Shown here piece after piece: positions 47,318 to 57,205 of a DNA stretch of 64,000 bases. The position numbers were made by a program, and so were the translations under genes. Every line of letters starts with the position of its first letter. Position 1 is the stretch's first letter. Below the pieces are notes generated by a model. The model ran no database searches and was not told where the DNA came from. It saw only the letters and a list, made by a program, of their open reading frames with translations. The stretch comes from Bdellovibrionales bacterium (GTDB lineage Bacteria > Bdellovibrionota > Bdellovibrionia > Bdellovibrionales > UBA1609), in NCBI GenBank assembly GCA_027317865.1, contig DAHVQG010000008.1:32001-96000 (forward strand), read 5' to 3'.

Positions 47318-49291
47318 GTGAAAATCCTGCGCATCTTTTTAATTGCTGAGTTATTGTTTGTTGTGGGCTGCGCACTTACAAAACAGGCTCCGCCGCCTTC
47401 GGCCCCTGATTTTCAGCGCCAGATGACCATCATTCGAATCGACATACAAAGGCATTACTTTAAGGCCGCCACTTGGCGGCTCGAACATCTTCTTGCGCAG
47501 AATCCGCAGGTGCGCGGCTCTGACGATGCCTATATTTTACTCGGCGACCTTTATTATCGTGCCGGTCATTACACAAAATCGTATCGCGCTTTTATTTCAG
47601 TATTAAACTGGAAATATTTAAGTACGCGCGATGCCGATGCGGAAATTGGCGCAGCCCGCGCTTTGTACAAACTTTCGCGCTACGATGAAGCTTTGAATTT
47701 TACAAAGACCCTTCTGCGTCAAAGTGGCGTTCCGGCCCCGATCCTGTACGAAGCCAACTATTTACAGTTTAACATTCAATGGCAACTTGGCGATCACCTC
47801 GATGCCCTGCGCTCTCTTGTTTATCTCGCAGAAAATTCAAAAAACCCTGAACTTCGTGAACAGTATCACATTCGGGCTATGGATATTGCCGATTCTGGCT
47901 TAACGGAGGCTCAAATTCGGACCATCGCCAACGACCCCAGTTTCGGATTCGTGCAGGTTCCCGCACTTTACCACGTAGGCGTTGAGGATTTTAAAAGTCA
48001 TGATTTAGAAGACGCGCAAAACGCATTTGAAAATATAATTAATGACGCTCCAAATTCCGATCTCGCCCAAAGCGCACAAAATTATATCCAGCAAATTAAT
48101 GCTCAACAGACCGTCGCCCCGTTTACGATCGGCGCCGTTTTGCCCATTACCAATAAAAACGAAATGATCCACCAGAGCGCGCTTCGTACGCTGCGCGGCC
48201 TAGAGCTAGGCTTAGGTATTTTCAATCGTGATCCGTCGGATTTTAAATTGGCCGTTGTCGATAGCCGAGACAATCCCGACATGGCTAAGCGTGCTGTTGA
48301 AAAACTTGTCGTAAAAGACCACGCAATTGCAATTGTCGGCGATATTCTTTCGCACACAGCACTTGCCGTTGCTCAAGAGGGTCAGGAGCTCGGGGTTCCG
48401 GTCATCAGCCTTTCGCAAAAGCTAAACGTCACAAATGTCGGAAACGACGTCTTTCAAAATGCGCTTACCGGAACCGCACTCGTCAAAAAACTGGTTAAAA
48501 CGGCCATGGATAAATATGGCATGCGTCGCTTTGCCATATTGTACCCAAATGACGGTTACGGAGTTAAATACGCGAATCTTTTCTGGGACGAGGTCGCAGC
48601 TCGGGGCGGCGTCATTGCAGGCGCACAGATCTATCCGCAAGATGAAACGAATTTTAGTGGTTCTGTTTCTCGGCTCCTTGGAACGTTTTATCTTGAAGCG
48701 CGTGAGAACGAATACATCGCACGACTGAAAAAGTGGTATAAAAAACGCGAGGCGCTTTCTACTCAACCTCGAATTCCAAATGATATCTTGCCGCCCATTA
48801 CTGACTTTGATGCGATATTTATACCCGACGATGTTGTATCACTCGGCCAAATTACGGCGCGTCTTGTGGCCAGTAACGTGGGCAAAAATGTTTGGTTATT
48901 AGGGACAAACCTTTGGAATACGCCCGGGTTAATTACGCGCGGAACCGCCATGGTCAATCAAACATTGTTTGTCGATTCGACAGGCGTCAGCGAAAGCTCC
49001 TTTACTCGCACGCCCTTTTATTTACGCTATGAAAAAATCTTTGGCGAAGCCCCAACTATATTTGAGGCACAGGCTTATGATACCGGTCGAATTTTAAAGA
49101 AGCTCATCGATGGTGGTGTTCGCACTCGCCCTGACCTTCGCGATGCTTTGGCTAGAATTCAACACTTTCACGGGCTTGTGGGTGACATCAGTGTCGATAG
49201 TGATCGTGAGTTTTCTCGTCCTTTAACGGTTCTAACCGTAAGCAACGGCCAAATCGTACCCGCAAACGGGCCCTCTAACAGTTCGAATTAA
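47318..49291 (+). CDS. LpoA-like lipoprotein: TPRs plus periplasmic binding protein type I fold
   Basis: Lipobox VVG-C, TPRs, IGAVLP, AIVG, FAILYPND.YG, DFDAIFIPD, LLGTNLWN, AQAYD. Confidence 0.8.
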   Translation: MKILRIFLIAELLFVVGCALTKQAPPPSAPDFQRQMTIIRIDIQRHYFKAATWRLEHLLAQNPQVRGSDDAYILLGDLYYRAGHYTKSYRAFISVLNWKYLSTRDADAEIGAARALYKLSRYDEALNFTKTLLRQSGVPAPILYEANYLQFNIQWQLGDHLDALRSLVYLAENSKNPELREQYHIRAMDIADSGLTEAQIRTIANDPSFGFVQVPALYHVGVEDFKSHDLEDAQNAFENIINDAPNSDLAQSAQNYIQQINAQQTVAPFTIGAVLPITNKNEMIHQSALRTLRGLELGLGIFNRDPSDFKLAVVDSRDNPDMAKRAVEKLVVKDHAIAIVGDILSHTALAVAQEGQELGVPVISLSQKLNVTNVGNDVFQNALTGTALVKKLVKTAMDKYGMRRFAILYPNDGYGVKYANLFWDEVAARGGVIAGAQIYPQDETNFSGSVSRLLGTFYLEARENEYIARLKKWYKKREALSTQPRIPNDILPPITDFDAIFIPDDVVSLGQITARLVASNVGKNVWLLGTNLWNTPGLITRGTAMVNQTLFVDSTGVSESSFTRTPFYLRYEKIFGEAPTIFEAQAYDTGRILKKLIDGGVRTRPDLRDALARIQHFHGLVGDISVDSDREFSRPLTVLTVSNGQIVPANGPSNSSN

Positions 49292-49338
49292 CCTGGCGCG
49301 TCCATTTACCTGTCTCATTTGCTGAAGGGGGGTGCTCA

Positions 49339-49707
49339 ATGGGTGCCGTTCCAGAAAAGATACTAACCTTATGTCGAGAAAAACTCATAGCTACAAAGTC
49401 CGATCTGCTCAATCGGATTCGCGACAATTACCACGAATACCGGTCGCGCGACACGGGCGGCGACGAAACAGACCAGGCTGTCGACGTGCTAGCCGAACGT
49501 CAGTTTCTAATTAATCAAGACCGTCTGCGATTTCAACTTCTTGAAATTGAAATCGCTTTAGCCAAGATGGAGCGCGGGATCTACGGGGTTTGCGAAGAAA
49601 CCGATGAGCCCATTGAAGTCGAGCGGTTGTTGTCGCTCCCCTGGACTCGCCTCAGTGTTGAGGGAGCCGAGATTCGCGAAGACTTGTCTAAACGTCGCGC
49701 CAAATAA
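49339..49707 (+). CDS. dksA: DksA/TraR family transcription factor, single-cysteine (zinc-independent type)
   Basis: Coiled-coil tip DETDQA; YGVCEETDEPI..ERL..LPWTRLS. Confidence 0.8.
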   Translation: MGAVPEKILTLCREKLIATKSDLLNRIRDNYHEYRSRDTGGDETDQAVDVLAERQFLINQDRLRFQLLEIEIALAKMERGIYGVCEETDEPIEVERLLSLPWTRLSVEGAEIREDLSKRRAK

Positions 49708-49734
49708 ATTCCAGATTTAAATTATAGATTAGTA

Positions 49735-49762
49735 CTAAAGCGTCCGCGAACAAATCCGAAAA
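49735..49762 (+). promoter_or_regulatory. Putative sigma28 (FliA) promoter for lon
   Basis: CTAAA-N15-TCCGAAAA. Confidence 0.6.
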
Positions 49763-49786
49763 GATATTAAGCGTAATGTTCGCGGA
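49743..49786 (+). repeat. Perfect 10-bp inverted repeat overlapping the lon Shine-Dalgarno
   Basis: TCCGCGAACA (49743-52) / TGTTCGCGGA (49777-86); GGAGG at 49784-88. Confidence 0.85.
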
Positions 49787-49792
49787 GGCATC

Positions 49793-52204
49793 ATGAAGTT
49801 TGATGACAAAGTTATTAATATTCCCGACACCATGCCCATGTTACCCATTCGAGACGTTGTCATTTTCCCATATATGATATTCCCATTGTATGTGGGTCGC
49901 GAAAATTCAATTCGCGCCGTCGAAGAGGCATTGGCAAAAAATCGCCTGATCTTTTTGGTTTCACAAAAGGAAATTTCAGAAGAGAACCCAAGCGAAAATT
50001 CGATTTATCGCGTCGGCACGATTGCGATGATTTTGCGAATGAGAAAATTGCCGGACGGCAGAGTTAAAATATTCATCCAGGGCCTTTCAAAAGGCGAGAT
50101 TAAATCCTATCTCAAAACTGAACCATTTTTTGAGGTTCGTTGTGAAAAGATTAGCGAAACCCCCCTACAGGGTTCAAATATCGAATTTGAAGCCATGATT
50201 CGAACGGCAAAAGAGCATCTCGAAAAAATCATTGCTCTTGGGCGTATGTTGTCACCCGATATTTTACTGGTGCTCGATGATGTTACAGACCCTGGCCGAA
50301 TGGCCGATTTAATAGCGTCAAATTTAAACCTCAAAGTTAACGACGCGCAAAAGGTACTTGAGACATATGATCCAAAAAAACGTCTTCAGCTCGTCAATGA
50401 CATACTGGTAAATGAGCTTGAAGTGCTTCAAATGCAGGCAAAAATTCGTAATCAAGCTAAAGACGAAATGACCAAATCCCAACGCGAATACTTTCTTCGC
50501 GAACAGATGCGCGCAATTAAAAATGAGCTGGGTGATGGCGACTCTAAGTCTGAAGAAATAGATGAATTGAGAGAAAAAATAAAAGCGAAGGGCATGCCCG
50601 AACTCATTGAAACGGAGTCGCTTAAACAGTTAAGTCGGCTTGAGCGCATGCATCCTGACGCAAGCGAAGCCTCGATGCTGCGTACGTATCTGGACTGGCT
50701 TATTGATTTGCCCTGGTCGCAATCATCAACAGATTTGCTTGATATTGAACGCTCCCGAAAGATTCTCGACGATGATCATTATGACCTTCACAAGGTCAAA
50801 GATCGTATCCTTGAGTTTTTAGCTGTAAGAAAATTAAAAGAAAAGGACATGCATGGCCCCATTTTATGCTTTGCTGGGCCTCCGGGGGTGGGCAAAACCT
50901 CTCTTGGTAAAAGCATCGCCAAAGCCATGGGGCGGGAATATTTCCGCCTATCCCTTGGGGGCGTGAAGGATGAAGCTGAGATTCGTGGTCATCGCCGAAC
51001 CTACGTTGGTGCGATGCCCGGCAAAATTATCCAGGCGCTAAAAACGGTCAAAACCAATAATCCGGTTATTGTTCTTGATGAAATCGATAAACTCGGTAGC
51101 GACTTTAGGGGCGACCCCAGCGCCGCGATGCTGGAAGTGCTAGATCCAGAGCAAAATTCTACTTTCCGCGACAATTATCTCAATGTTGATTTTGACTTGA
51201 GCAATGTTCTATTTATTGCAACGGCCAATGTTGTCGAAAATATTCCGGGCGCACTTCGTGATCGCATGGAGTTGATCAATATTTCAGGTTACACAGAAAA
51301 CGACAAACTGATAATCGCGCGCAATCATATTATTGATAAGCAAATCCGGCAAAACGGGGTATCGAACGAAAACATTGAATTTACCGACGACGGCGTGCGC
51401 GCCATTATTTCGGGCTACACGCGTGAGGCGGGCGTTCGAAATCTTGAACGCGAGATCGGCTCAATTTGCCGCAAAGTTGCCAAACGTGTCGTGACTGGCG
51501 ACACATCAAAAATTGTTGTCACGGGTGAAACGGTATCGCAACTTCTCGGCGCTCCGAGATTCTTGCGCGATGAGCGCTTAACAGATAGCCAAGTGGGTAT
51601 TGTCACCGGCCTTGCCTGGACTCAAGTCGGCGGTGAAATTCTCTACGTTGAAGCGTTAAAAATGAAGGGAAAAGGTGGGCTTATTCTCACCGGCCAACTT
51701 GGCGACGTAATGAAGGAGTCAGCCAAAGCCGCGTGGTCCTATGCCCGCGCTCATGCCGAAGAGCTTGGGATAGATGAAGCGATATTTGAAGGAACAGAAA
51801 TTCACGTGCACATCCCGGCTGGCGCGATCCCAAAAGACGGTCCCTCGGCCGGTATTACCCTTGCAACGGCAATTGTTAGCCTTTTAACTGACACTCCCGT
51901 ACGAATGGATCTTGCCATGACCGGTGAGGTAACGCTGGCGGGACGCGTATTACCAATTGGCGGCGTACGTGAAAAAGCCTTGGCCGCGCTGAACCACGGG
52001 ATTACGACAGTGATCTTACCACTTGCAAATCAAAAGGATCTTTCAGACATACCTGATCAATTTAAAGAGAAGATGAAATTTATTTTCGTTGAAAATGTCG
52101 ATGAGGTATTGGCCGTAGCATTTGATCGCAAGGCGGAGCGAAAAGCTGTCGGAGCAAAACTTGCTAAAAAGGGTAAAGTCCCGAGGGCCGCGTCAGCTGC
52201 GTAG
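49793..52204 (+). CDS. lon: ATP-dependent protease Lon
   Basis: GPPGVGKTS, RGHRRTYVGAMPG, LDEIDK, PKDGPSAG, IGGVREK. Confidence 0.97.
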   Translation: MKFDDKVINIPDTMPMLPIRDVVIFPYMIFPLYVGRENSIRAVEEALAKNRLIFLVSQKEISEENPSENSIYRVGTIAMILRMRKLPDGRVKIFIQGLSKGEIKSYLKTEPFFEVRCEKISETPLQGSNIEFEAMIRTAKEHLEKIIALGRMLSPDILLVLDDVTDPGRMADLIASNLNLKVNDAQKVLETYDPKKRLQLVNDILVNELEVLQMQAKIRNQAKDEMTKSQREYFLREQMRAIKNELGDGDSKSEEIDELREKIKAKGMPELIETESLKQLSRLERMHPDASEASMLRTYLDWLIDLPWSQSSTDLLDIERSRKILDDDHYDLHKVKDRILEFLAVRKLKEKDMHGPILCFAGPPGVGKTSLGKSIAKAMGREYFRLSLGGVKDEAEIRGHRRTYVGAMPGKIIQALKTVKTNNPVIVLDEIDKLGSDFRGDPSAAMLEVLDPEQNSTFRDNYLNVDFDLSNVLFIATANVVENIPGALRDRMELINISGYTENDKLIIARNHIIDKQIRQNGVSNENIEFTDDGVRAIISGYTREAGVRNLEREIGSICRKVAKRVVTGDTSKIVVTGETVSQLLGAPRFLRDERLTDSQVGIVTGLAWTQVGGEILYVEALKMKGKGGLILTGQLGDVMKESAKAAWSYARAHAEELGIDEAIFEGTEIHVHIPAGAIPKDGPSAGITLATAIVSLLTDTPVRMDLAMTGEVTLAGRVLPIGGVREKALAALNHGITTVILPLANQKDLSDIPDQFKEKMKFIFVENVDEVLAVAFDRKAERKAVGAKLAKKGKVPRAASAA

Positions 52205-52205
52205 A

Positions 52206-52721
52206 TTAATTTTCATCCGTGCGCAGCTCAAGAGGCGCATCGGATTCGAGCCATGAATCAATGGGTGCTGACTCGCGCCCATTCGATTTTAGCCTTTCGT
52301 TTTCGTTTTCAAGAATCTTAACCAGCGTCTTGAGATCACTGATTTCCTCTTTAAGGTTAGTGATTTGCTTTTCTTTCTCGTGGAGCACAGACACATATGC
52401 AACTTTTAATTCTTGAACCATGGTCTTTGCAGAATCGAGAAATGTTTCAGGAGGTCGAATTAATAAATTAGAGTCTAACTTCGCTGGTTCGGATTCGTTT
52501 ACTCGTGTGTTTGCTGCAAGCGAGTTTAAATTTCTCTCCCGCACCGTTTGATCCATCACCCGCCCATACTTTTTTGGTGGATCTTCGGCAAGCCAATACT
52601 TACCACCTTCAAAACGATACTCAATTTCACCGGTGCGAATTCTCCTGCGTAGCGTTGACAGGCTAATATGATATCTCGCTGAGTAGTCATTTAGCGAGAG
52701 ATAACCCTTAATTGCTGACAA
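52206..52721 (-). CDS. Hypothetical protein: N-terminal MerR/Xis-like HTH plus C-terminal coiled coil
   Basis: LSLNDYSARYHISLSTLRRRIRTG.I......GKYWL; EKEKQI..LKEEISDLKTLVKILE heptads; TTG 52721 after GGGG. Confidence 0.75.
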   Translation of the reverse strand: MSAIKGYLSLNDYSARYHISLSTLRRRIRTGEIEYRFEGGKYWLAEDPPKKYGRVMDQTVRERNLNSLAANTRVNESEPAKLDSNLLIRPPETFLDSAKTMVQELKVAYVSVLHEKEKQITNLKEEISDLKTLVKILENENERLKSNGRESAPIDSWLESDAPLELRTDEN

Positions 52722-52763
52722 TTGAATACCCCATCTCTTGTTCACTCGTGTTTGACTACTCAA

Positions 52764-52791
52764 ACTCTATCATAGGTTTTATTATTGTAAA
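52764..52791 (-). promoter_or_regulatory. Putative sigma70 promoter of the HTH gene
   Basis: Minus strand TTTACA-N16-TAGAGT with TGn extension. Confidence 0.5.
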
Positions 52792-52809
52792 GTGCCCGTG
52801 GCTAACGGT

Positions 52810-52838
52810 TTGACTAGCCAATTGGCTAGCCACATAAT
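52810..52838 (+). promoter_or_regulatory. Putative sigma70 promoter of the patatin gene containing a perfect 16-bp palindrome
   Basis: TTGACT-N17-CATAAT; CTAGCCAATTGGCTAG at 52814-52829. Confidence 0.7.
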
Positions 52839-52883
52839 TTATACGCGAGGAGGCTTTAGCTACAATAAAGCTAACCTATAGGG

Positions 52884-54095
52884 ATGCGTCTAAGTGATAA
52901 ACAAAACGTCGCCTTGGTACTAAGCGGTGGGGGCATAAAGGCCGCCGCATTTCACATTGGTGTATGCATCGCACTACGCGAGCTTGGCTTTAAGTTTGCC
53001 GGTGGCAGCCCGGAGAACGTAACCAATGTCTACCCCGAAGATAAGCTCACTTTTAAATCTTACGTCGGCTCAAGTGCTGGCGCCGTCATCGCAACGTTTC
53101 TTGCTGCCGGTTACGATATCGACTCTCTAGTTGACGCGTTTTTGCGCGGCTCAGGCCACACGATTACTCCAAAACGAAATAAGCGCCGGGACCCGAGTCC
53201 AAGCTTTTTACGCCCGCTCACCCATCGCGATCTCTTTTCGCTTAACATCAGCTCTGGCTCGAGACTCTTTTCCACATTTTTTAAAAAAACTCCCGTCATC
53301 AGCGGCGGCCTAGAAGTCTTGCTGAAGCGCGGGTTTAAAGTAAACGGCGTATTTTCGACAAATAATTTAGAAAAATATCTGCGCGAAAATGCCCACCCTG
53401 AAAACACCTTTAAATCTTTAGGCGTAAAACTCTATATTGTTGCCACACAACTTAACCATTCGCGAAAAGTTGTATTCGGGGATTTCAAAGAAACAACTAA
53501 AAACGAAGAAATCAAGTACGCCCACTTTGCTACTGTAAGCCAGGCGGTTGCCGCATCCGCTTCACTGCCGCCATTTTTTGCCCCTTATCCCATACAAGAT
53601 GATCGCGGCCGTGAACACTGGTACTTCGACGGAGAAATTCGTGACACCTTATCCACTCACGTCGCCGCTGACCACGGAGCCGATCTTGTCATCGCCTCCT
53701 ATTCCATCCAACCGTACCACTACAATAAAGAAATCGGGTCACTTCACGAATTTGGCGTACCTGTAATTTTTAACCAAGCTCTTTATCAGCTCGTGCAACA
53801 AAAAATAATCAATCACATTCGAACCCAAAAAATGATCAAAAATCTTATTGCAACGGTCGATGGCTATTTATTAGAAGCGAATATTCCGAATGAGCACCGC
53901 GAAAAGCTTCTTGAAATTCTGGTTTCGCGCACTAATTTTAGACCCAATACCGAATATGTTTATATTCACCCCGCACCTAACGACTACGAAATGTTCTTTG
54001 CCGATCACTTCAGCTTTAATCCCGAATTACTGGCAAAAATTTTGCGGACTGGATTTCGCGCCGCCATGACGGCCATGCGCAAATACACCATTTAG
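52884..54095 (+). CDS. Patatin-like phospholipase
   Basis: LVLSGGGIKA, GSSAG nucleophile elbow, ASASLPPFFAP, YFDGE. Confidence 0.9.
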   Translation: MRLSDKQNVALVLSGGGIKAAAFHIGVCIALRELGFKFAGGSPENVTNVYPEDKLTFKSYVGSSAGAVIATFLAAGYDIDSLVDAFLRGSGHTITPKRNKRRDPSPSFLRPLTHRDLFSLNISSGSRLFSTFFKKTPVISGGLEVLLKRGFKVNGVFSTNNLEKYLRENAHPENTFKSLGVKLYIVATQLNHSRKVVFGDFKETTKNEEIKYAHFATVSQAVAASASLPPFFAPYPIQDDRGREHWYFDGEIRDTLSTHVAADHGADLVIASYSIQPYHYNKEIGSLHEFGVPVIFNQALYQLVQQKIINHIRTQKMIKNLIATVDGYLLEANIPNEHREKLLEILVSRTNFRPNTEYVYIHPAPNDYEMFFADHFSFNPELLAKILRTGFRAAMTAMRKYTI

Positions 54096-54112
54096 ATAAT
54101 CATTTCGGCGTT

Positions 54113-55603
54113 TTAAAATAATGAATGGGCCGCGAGCTTTATGGCCTCGTAAACCGGTTCGGTGGCTAGTCCCAAAACTAATGTCAGGACCGCCATAATT
54201 GCAGTCATAACCCAAGTAAGTGTATGGTGTTCGGCCGCAACGATGCCGTCTTCGTCGCGCATAAACATATAAACTATCGGCCGCAAATAATAATAGGCGC
54301 TAATGGCCGCATTAATGGCGCCCCAAACGGCGAGCCAGTAAAGGCCCTGCTTAATAACGGCAGAAAATACAAAAAATTTAGCAAAAAATCCGATCGTGGG
54401 GGGTACGCCCGCAAGCGATAATAAAAAGACAGTAAGCATAACCGCGGCCCATGGGTTGCGCCGGCTTAAGCCTCGAAAGTCTTCTATTTGCGACATGTCG
54501 TCTTCTTTTTTCTCAAATAGCGCGACAATTCCAAAGGCACCTAGAGTCATAATCGTATAGGCAAAAACGTAGTATACGACAGCTTCCGTGCCACTTTGCG
54601 AATGCGCCGCGAGGCCCGCAACGACAAGCCCCATCATCACATATCCGCTATGGGCAATGCTTGAATACGCAAGCATTCGCTTAAAATTTGTTTGCAAAAT
54701 CGCCGCGATATTGCCGACTGTCATGGTAAGAACCGCAAGCCACTCCACAATGGGGAGCAAATGGTGATATTTATCCGTCCCTAAAAAGTCGAGATGTATA
54801 AAACGTAAAAAAGCGACAAACACTACAACCTTCACGCCTGTTGCCATAAATCCAGTCACGGGCGTGGGCGCTCCTTCGTAGACGTCAGGCGTCCAGGCAT
54901 GAAAAGGAACTATCGCGACCTTGAAACAAAACCCAATGAGCGCCAAGGCGACGCCAATGATAAAGAGCGGATTTTGATGCATCAGGCGCGCCGTAAATTG
55001 CGAAACGATGTTCAAATACGTTGAGCCCGAGAGGCCATATATAAAAGCAATCCCGTATAAAAAGATCGCCGATGCAAAGCTGCCAAGAACAAAGTACTTG
55101 AGCGCTGCTTCTTTTGAAAGCCGCTCTTCGTGGCTAAGAGCAATCAACAGATAAAGGCACAAAGACATAATTTCAATTGCGATAAAAGTGACGATCAGAT
55201 CGTTTGACCAGGCCACCAGCATCATTCCCACTGCGGAATTAAGCAGCAAAAAAAGAAATTCCGTAAATTGATCGCCCATTGTTGCCGCGTTTTCTTTTGC
55301 CATTACCGCCGCCGCAGCAGTCACAAGACAAATTAAGATCGAGGCAAAAAATGACACCCCGTCGAAGACGAGCGCGTTTGAAAAAGCATAGTGAGGCACA
55401 GCCTTCGGAAATAAACTAAAAGAAACGCCCAGCGCCGCAACAACACCGATCAAACTTAAGCAAAGAGTAATCGCGGGATGCGGCTCCTTGTTCCCACGCA
55501 ACACTTTAACAGCAAGCGGAATGAGGCTGCCCAGAAACAAGAAAAGCAATGGGCTGATGCAAATGAAATCTTCAAGTGGAATTTGAAATGCGGTCGTCGT
55601 CAT
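54113..55603 (-). CDS. nuoN: NADH-quinone oxidoreductase subunit N
   Basis: EAALKYF, FKVAIVPFHAWTPDVYEGAP, KRMLAYSSIAH, LAGVPP..GF.AK. Confidence 0.96.
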   Translation of the reverse strand: MTTTAFQIPLEDFICISPLLFLFLGSLIPLAVKVLRGNKEPHPAITLCLSLIGVVAALGVSFSLFPKAVPHYAFSNALVFDGVSFFASILICLVTAAAAVMAKENAATMGDQFTEFLFLLLNSAVGMMLVAWSNDLIVTFIAIEIMSLCLYLLIALSHEERLSKEAALKYFVLGSFASAIFLYGIAFIYGLSGSTYLNIVSQFTARLMHQNPLFIIGVALALIGFCFKVAIVPFHAWTPDVYEGAPTPVTGFMATGVKVVVFVAFLRFIHLDFLGTDKYHHLLPIVEWLAVLTMTVGNIAAILQTNFKRMLAYSSIAHSGYVMMGLVVAGLAAHSQSGTEAVVYYVFAYTIMTLGAFGIVALFEKKEDDMSQIEDFRGLSRRNPWAAVMLTVFLLSLAGVPPTIGFFAKFFVFSAVIKQGLYWLAVWGAINAAISAYYYLRPIVYMFMRDEDGIVAAEHHTLTWVMTAIMAVLTLVLGLATEPVYEAIKLAAHSLF

Positions 55604-57204
55604 CTTAAGTTCGCCTCTTTTGACATTTGCGCCACGGGTCCAACAAATGCTCTCGTTAGTGGCCTTTCGCTGTGCTTTGCAGCTGTGCGCGTAGAAACAA
55701 GCTGGTAGTGCCCCCGGTGGTTGACAAGCTGACTAATGCTGGCCTGCGAATATTTTAAGAACGTGTTGGGGTAAAGGCCCATCCAGAATATCAAAATTAT
55801 AAGTGGAACGAGGATGGCTATCTCACGCGGGCACAAATCAAGACCCTTATCATGCGGCTTAGTTACAACTCCGCTTGGTTTGCCAAAAAAGATTTTCTTT
55901 ACCATCCAAAGCATGTAAGACGCGCCAAGAATGACCCCAAGGACGGCAAATGCGGCGACAATTTTGTTAGCCTCAAAGGTGCCGAGCAAAATCAAAAATT
56001 CGCCAACAAATCCATTCGTCATTGGTACTGCAATACTCGACATCGTGACGATTAAAAAGAAAATCGTAAATATCGGCGCGGCCGAAGCAAGCCCGCCGTA
56101 ATCTTTAATTTCGCGTGAGTGTGTGCGCTCGTATATCATCCCAACAAGCAGAAAGAGCGCTCCTGTACTGACACCATGGTTGAGCATTTGATACAGCGCC
56201 CCCGTTACACCTTGAGGGTTCATAGCAAAAAGCCCAATTATGACATATCCCATATGCGAAACGGACGAATAAGCGACCAGCTTTTTCATGTCCGGTTGAA
56301 CCATGGCAACAAGTGCGCCGTATATAATGCCGAAAACGCCAATTAAAAGAAAAACCCACGCCCAGTGTTCAGACGCCTCCGGAAATATTGGAATTGAAAA
56401 TCGCAAAAATCCATATGTGCCCATTTTTAAAAGGACCCCGGCCAAAATCACTGACCCTGGCGTCGGCGCTTCAACGTGAGCATCGGGGAGCCAAGTGTGA
56501 AACGGAAAAAGCGGAACTTTAATCGCAAACGCGATCGAAAACGCAAAAAATAAAAGTGTTTGGGTGCTTATAAACGTACCCGCCACAAATGGGAGATGGC
56601 CGTGAAGTTTGTAAAAATCAGGGATGTCGCCACTAATGTGCCCAAAGGTTTTCGCATAGATGAGCATAAGCGCGATAATTCCAAGGAGCATAAAAATAGA
56701 ACCGGCCATCGTATAAATAAAAAACTTAACCGTCGCGTAAAGTCTTCTGGGGCCGCCCCATATTCCAATCATGAAATACATCGGAACAAGCGAGGCTTCG
56801 AAAAAGCAGTAAAATAAAATCGAGTTCATTGAGACAAACGTACCAACCATCGTGCTTTCTAAAAACAAAAGCGTCAGACAGAATGTTTTTTCTCGTTTAT
56901 TAACGCTTGTCCAGGCACCCACGAGCGCAAGGGGCGTAAGAAGAGTTGTTAGAAGAATAAGCCAAAACGAGAGGCCGTCGACGCCGAGAAAATAATCAAC
57001 GCCGATGGAGGGAATCCAGGCGTGTCGCTCCACGAGCTGCAAACCCGCAACCCCTGGTTTGAAATATAAAAACATCAAAAGACTTGCGGCAAATTCTAGG
57101 ATCGTAAATGCAAGCGTCCATTTCTTCGCCGTTTTTTCGCTCGCTATCGCCCATAAAATAAGCGCAAGGGCGACGGGTAAAAATGTGATAATTGAAAGAA
57201 GCAT
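55600..57204 (-). CDS. nuoM: NADH-quinone oxidoreductase subunit M
   Basis: FAIKVPLFPFHTWLPDAHVEAP, LLKMG.YG, KKLVAYSSVSHMG. Confidence 0.96.
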   Translation of the reverse strand: MLLSIITFLPVALALILWAIASEKTAKKWTLAFTILEFAASLLMFLYFKPGVAGLQLVERHAWIPSIGVDYFLGVDGLSFWLILLTTLLTPLALVGAWTSVNKREKTFCLTLLFLESTMVGTFVSMNSILFYCFFEASLVPMYFMIGIWGGPRRLYATVKFFIYTMAGSIFMLLGIIALMLIYAKTFGHISGDIPDFYKLHGHLPFVAGTFISTQTLLFFAFSIAFAIKVPLFPFHTWLPDAHVEAPTPGSVILAGVLLKMGTYGFLRFSIPIFPEASEHWAWVFLLIGVFGIIYGALVAMVQPDMKKLVAYSSVSHMGYVIIGLFAMNPQGVTGALYQMLNHGVSTGALFLLVGMIYERTHSREIKDYGGLASAAPIFTIFFLIVTMSSIAVPMTNGFVGEFLILLGTFEANKIVAAFAVLGVILGASYMLWMVKKIFFGKPSGVVTKPHDKGLDLCPREIAILVPLIILIFWMGLYPNTFLKYSQASISQLVNHRGHYQLVSTRTAAKHSERPLTRAFVGPVAQMSKEANLR

Positions 57205-57205
57205 T

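Noticed and set aside
49294..49310. Sigma54 promoter upstream of dksA (TGGCGCG...)
   Set aside because: The -12 position reads TA rather than the required GC
52884..54095. Patatin as a CBASS CapV-type anti-phage effector
   Set aside because: No CD-NTase or other defence genes nearby; the context is lon and nuo housekeeping genes
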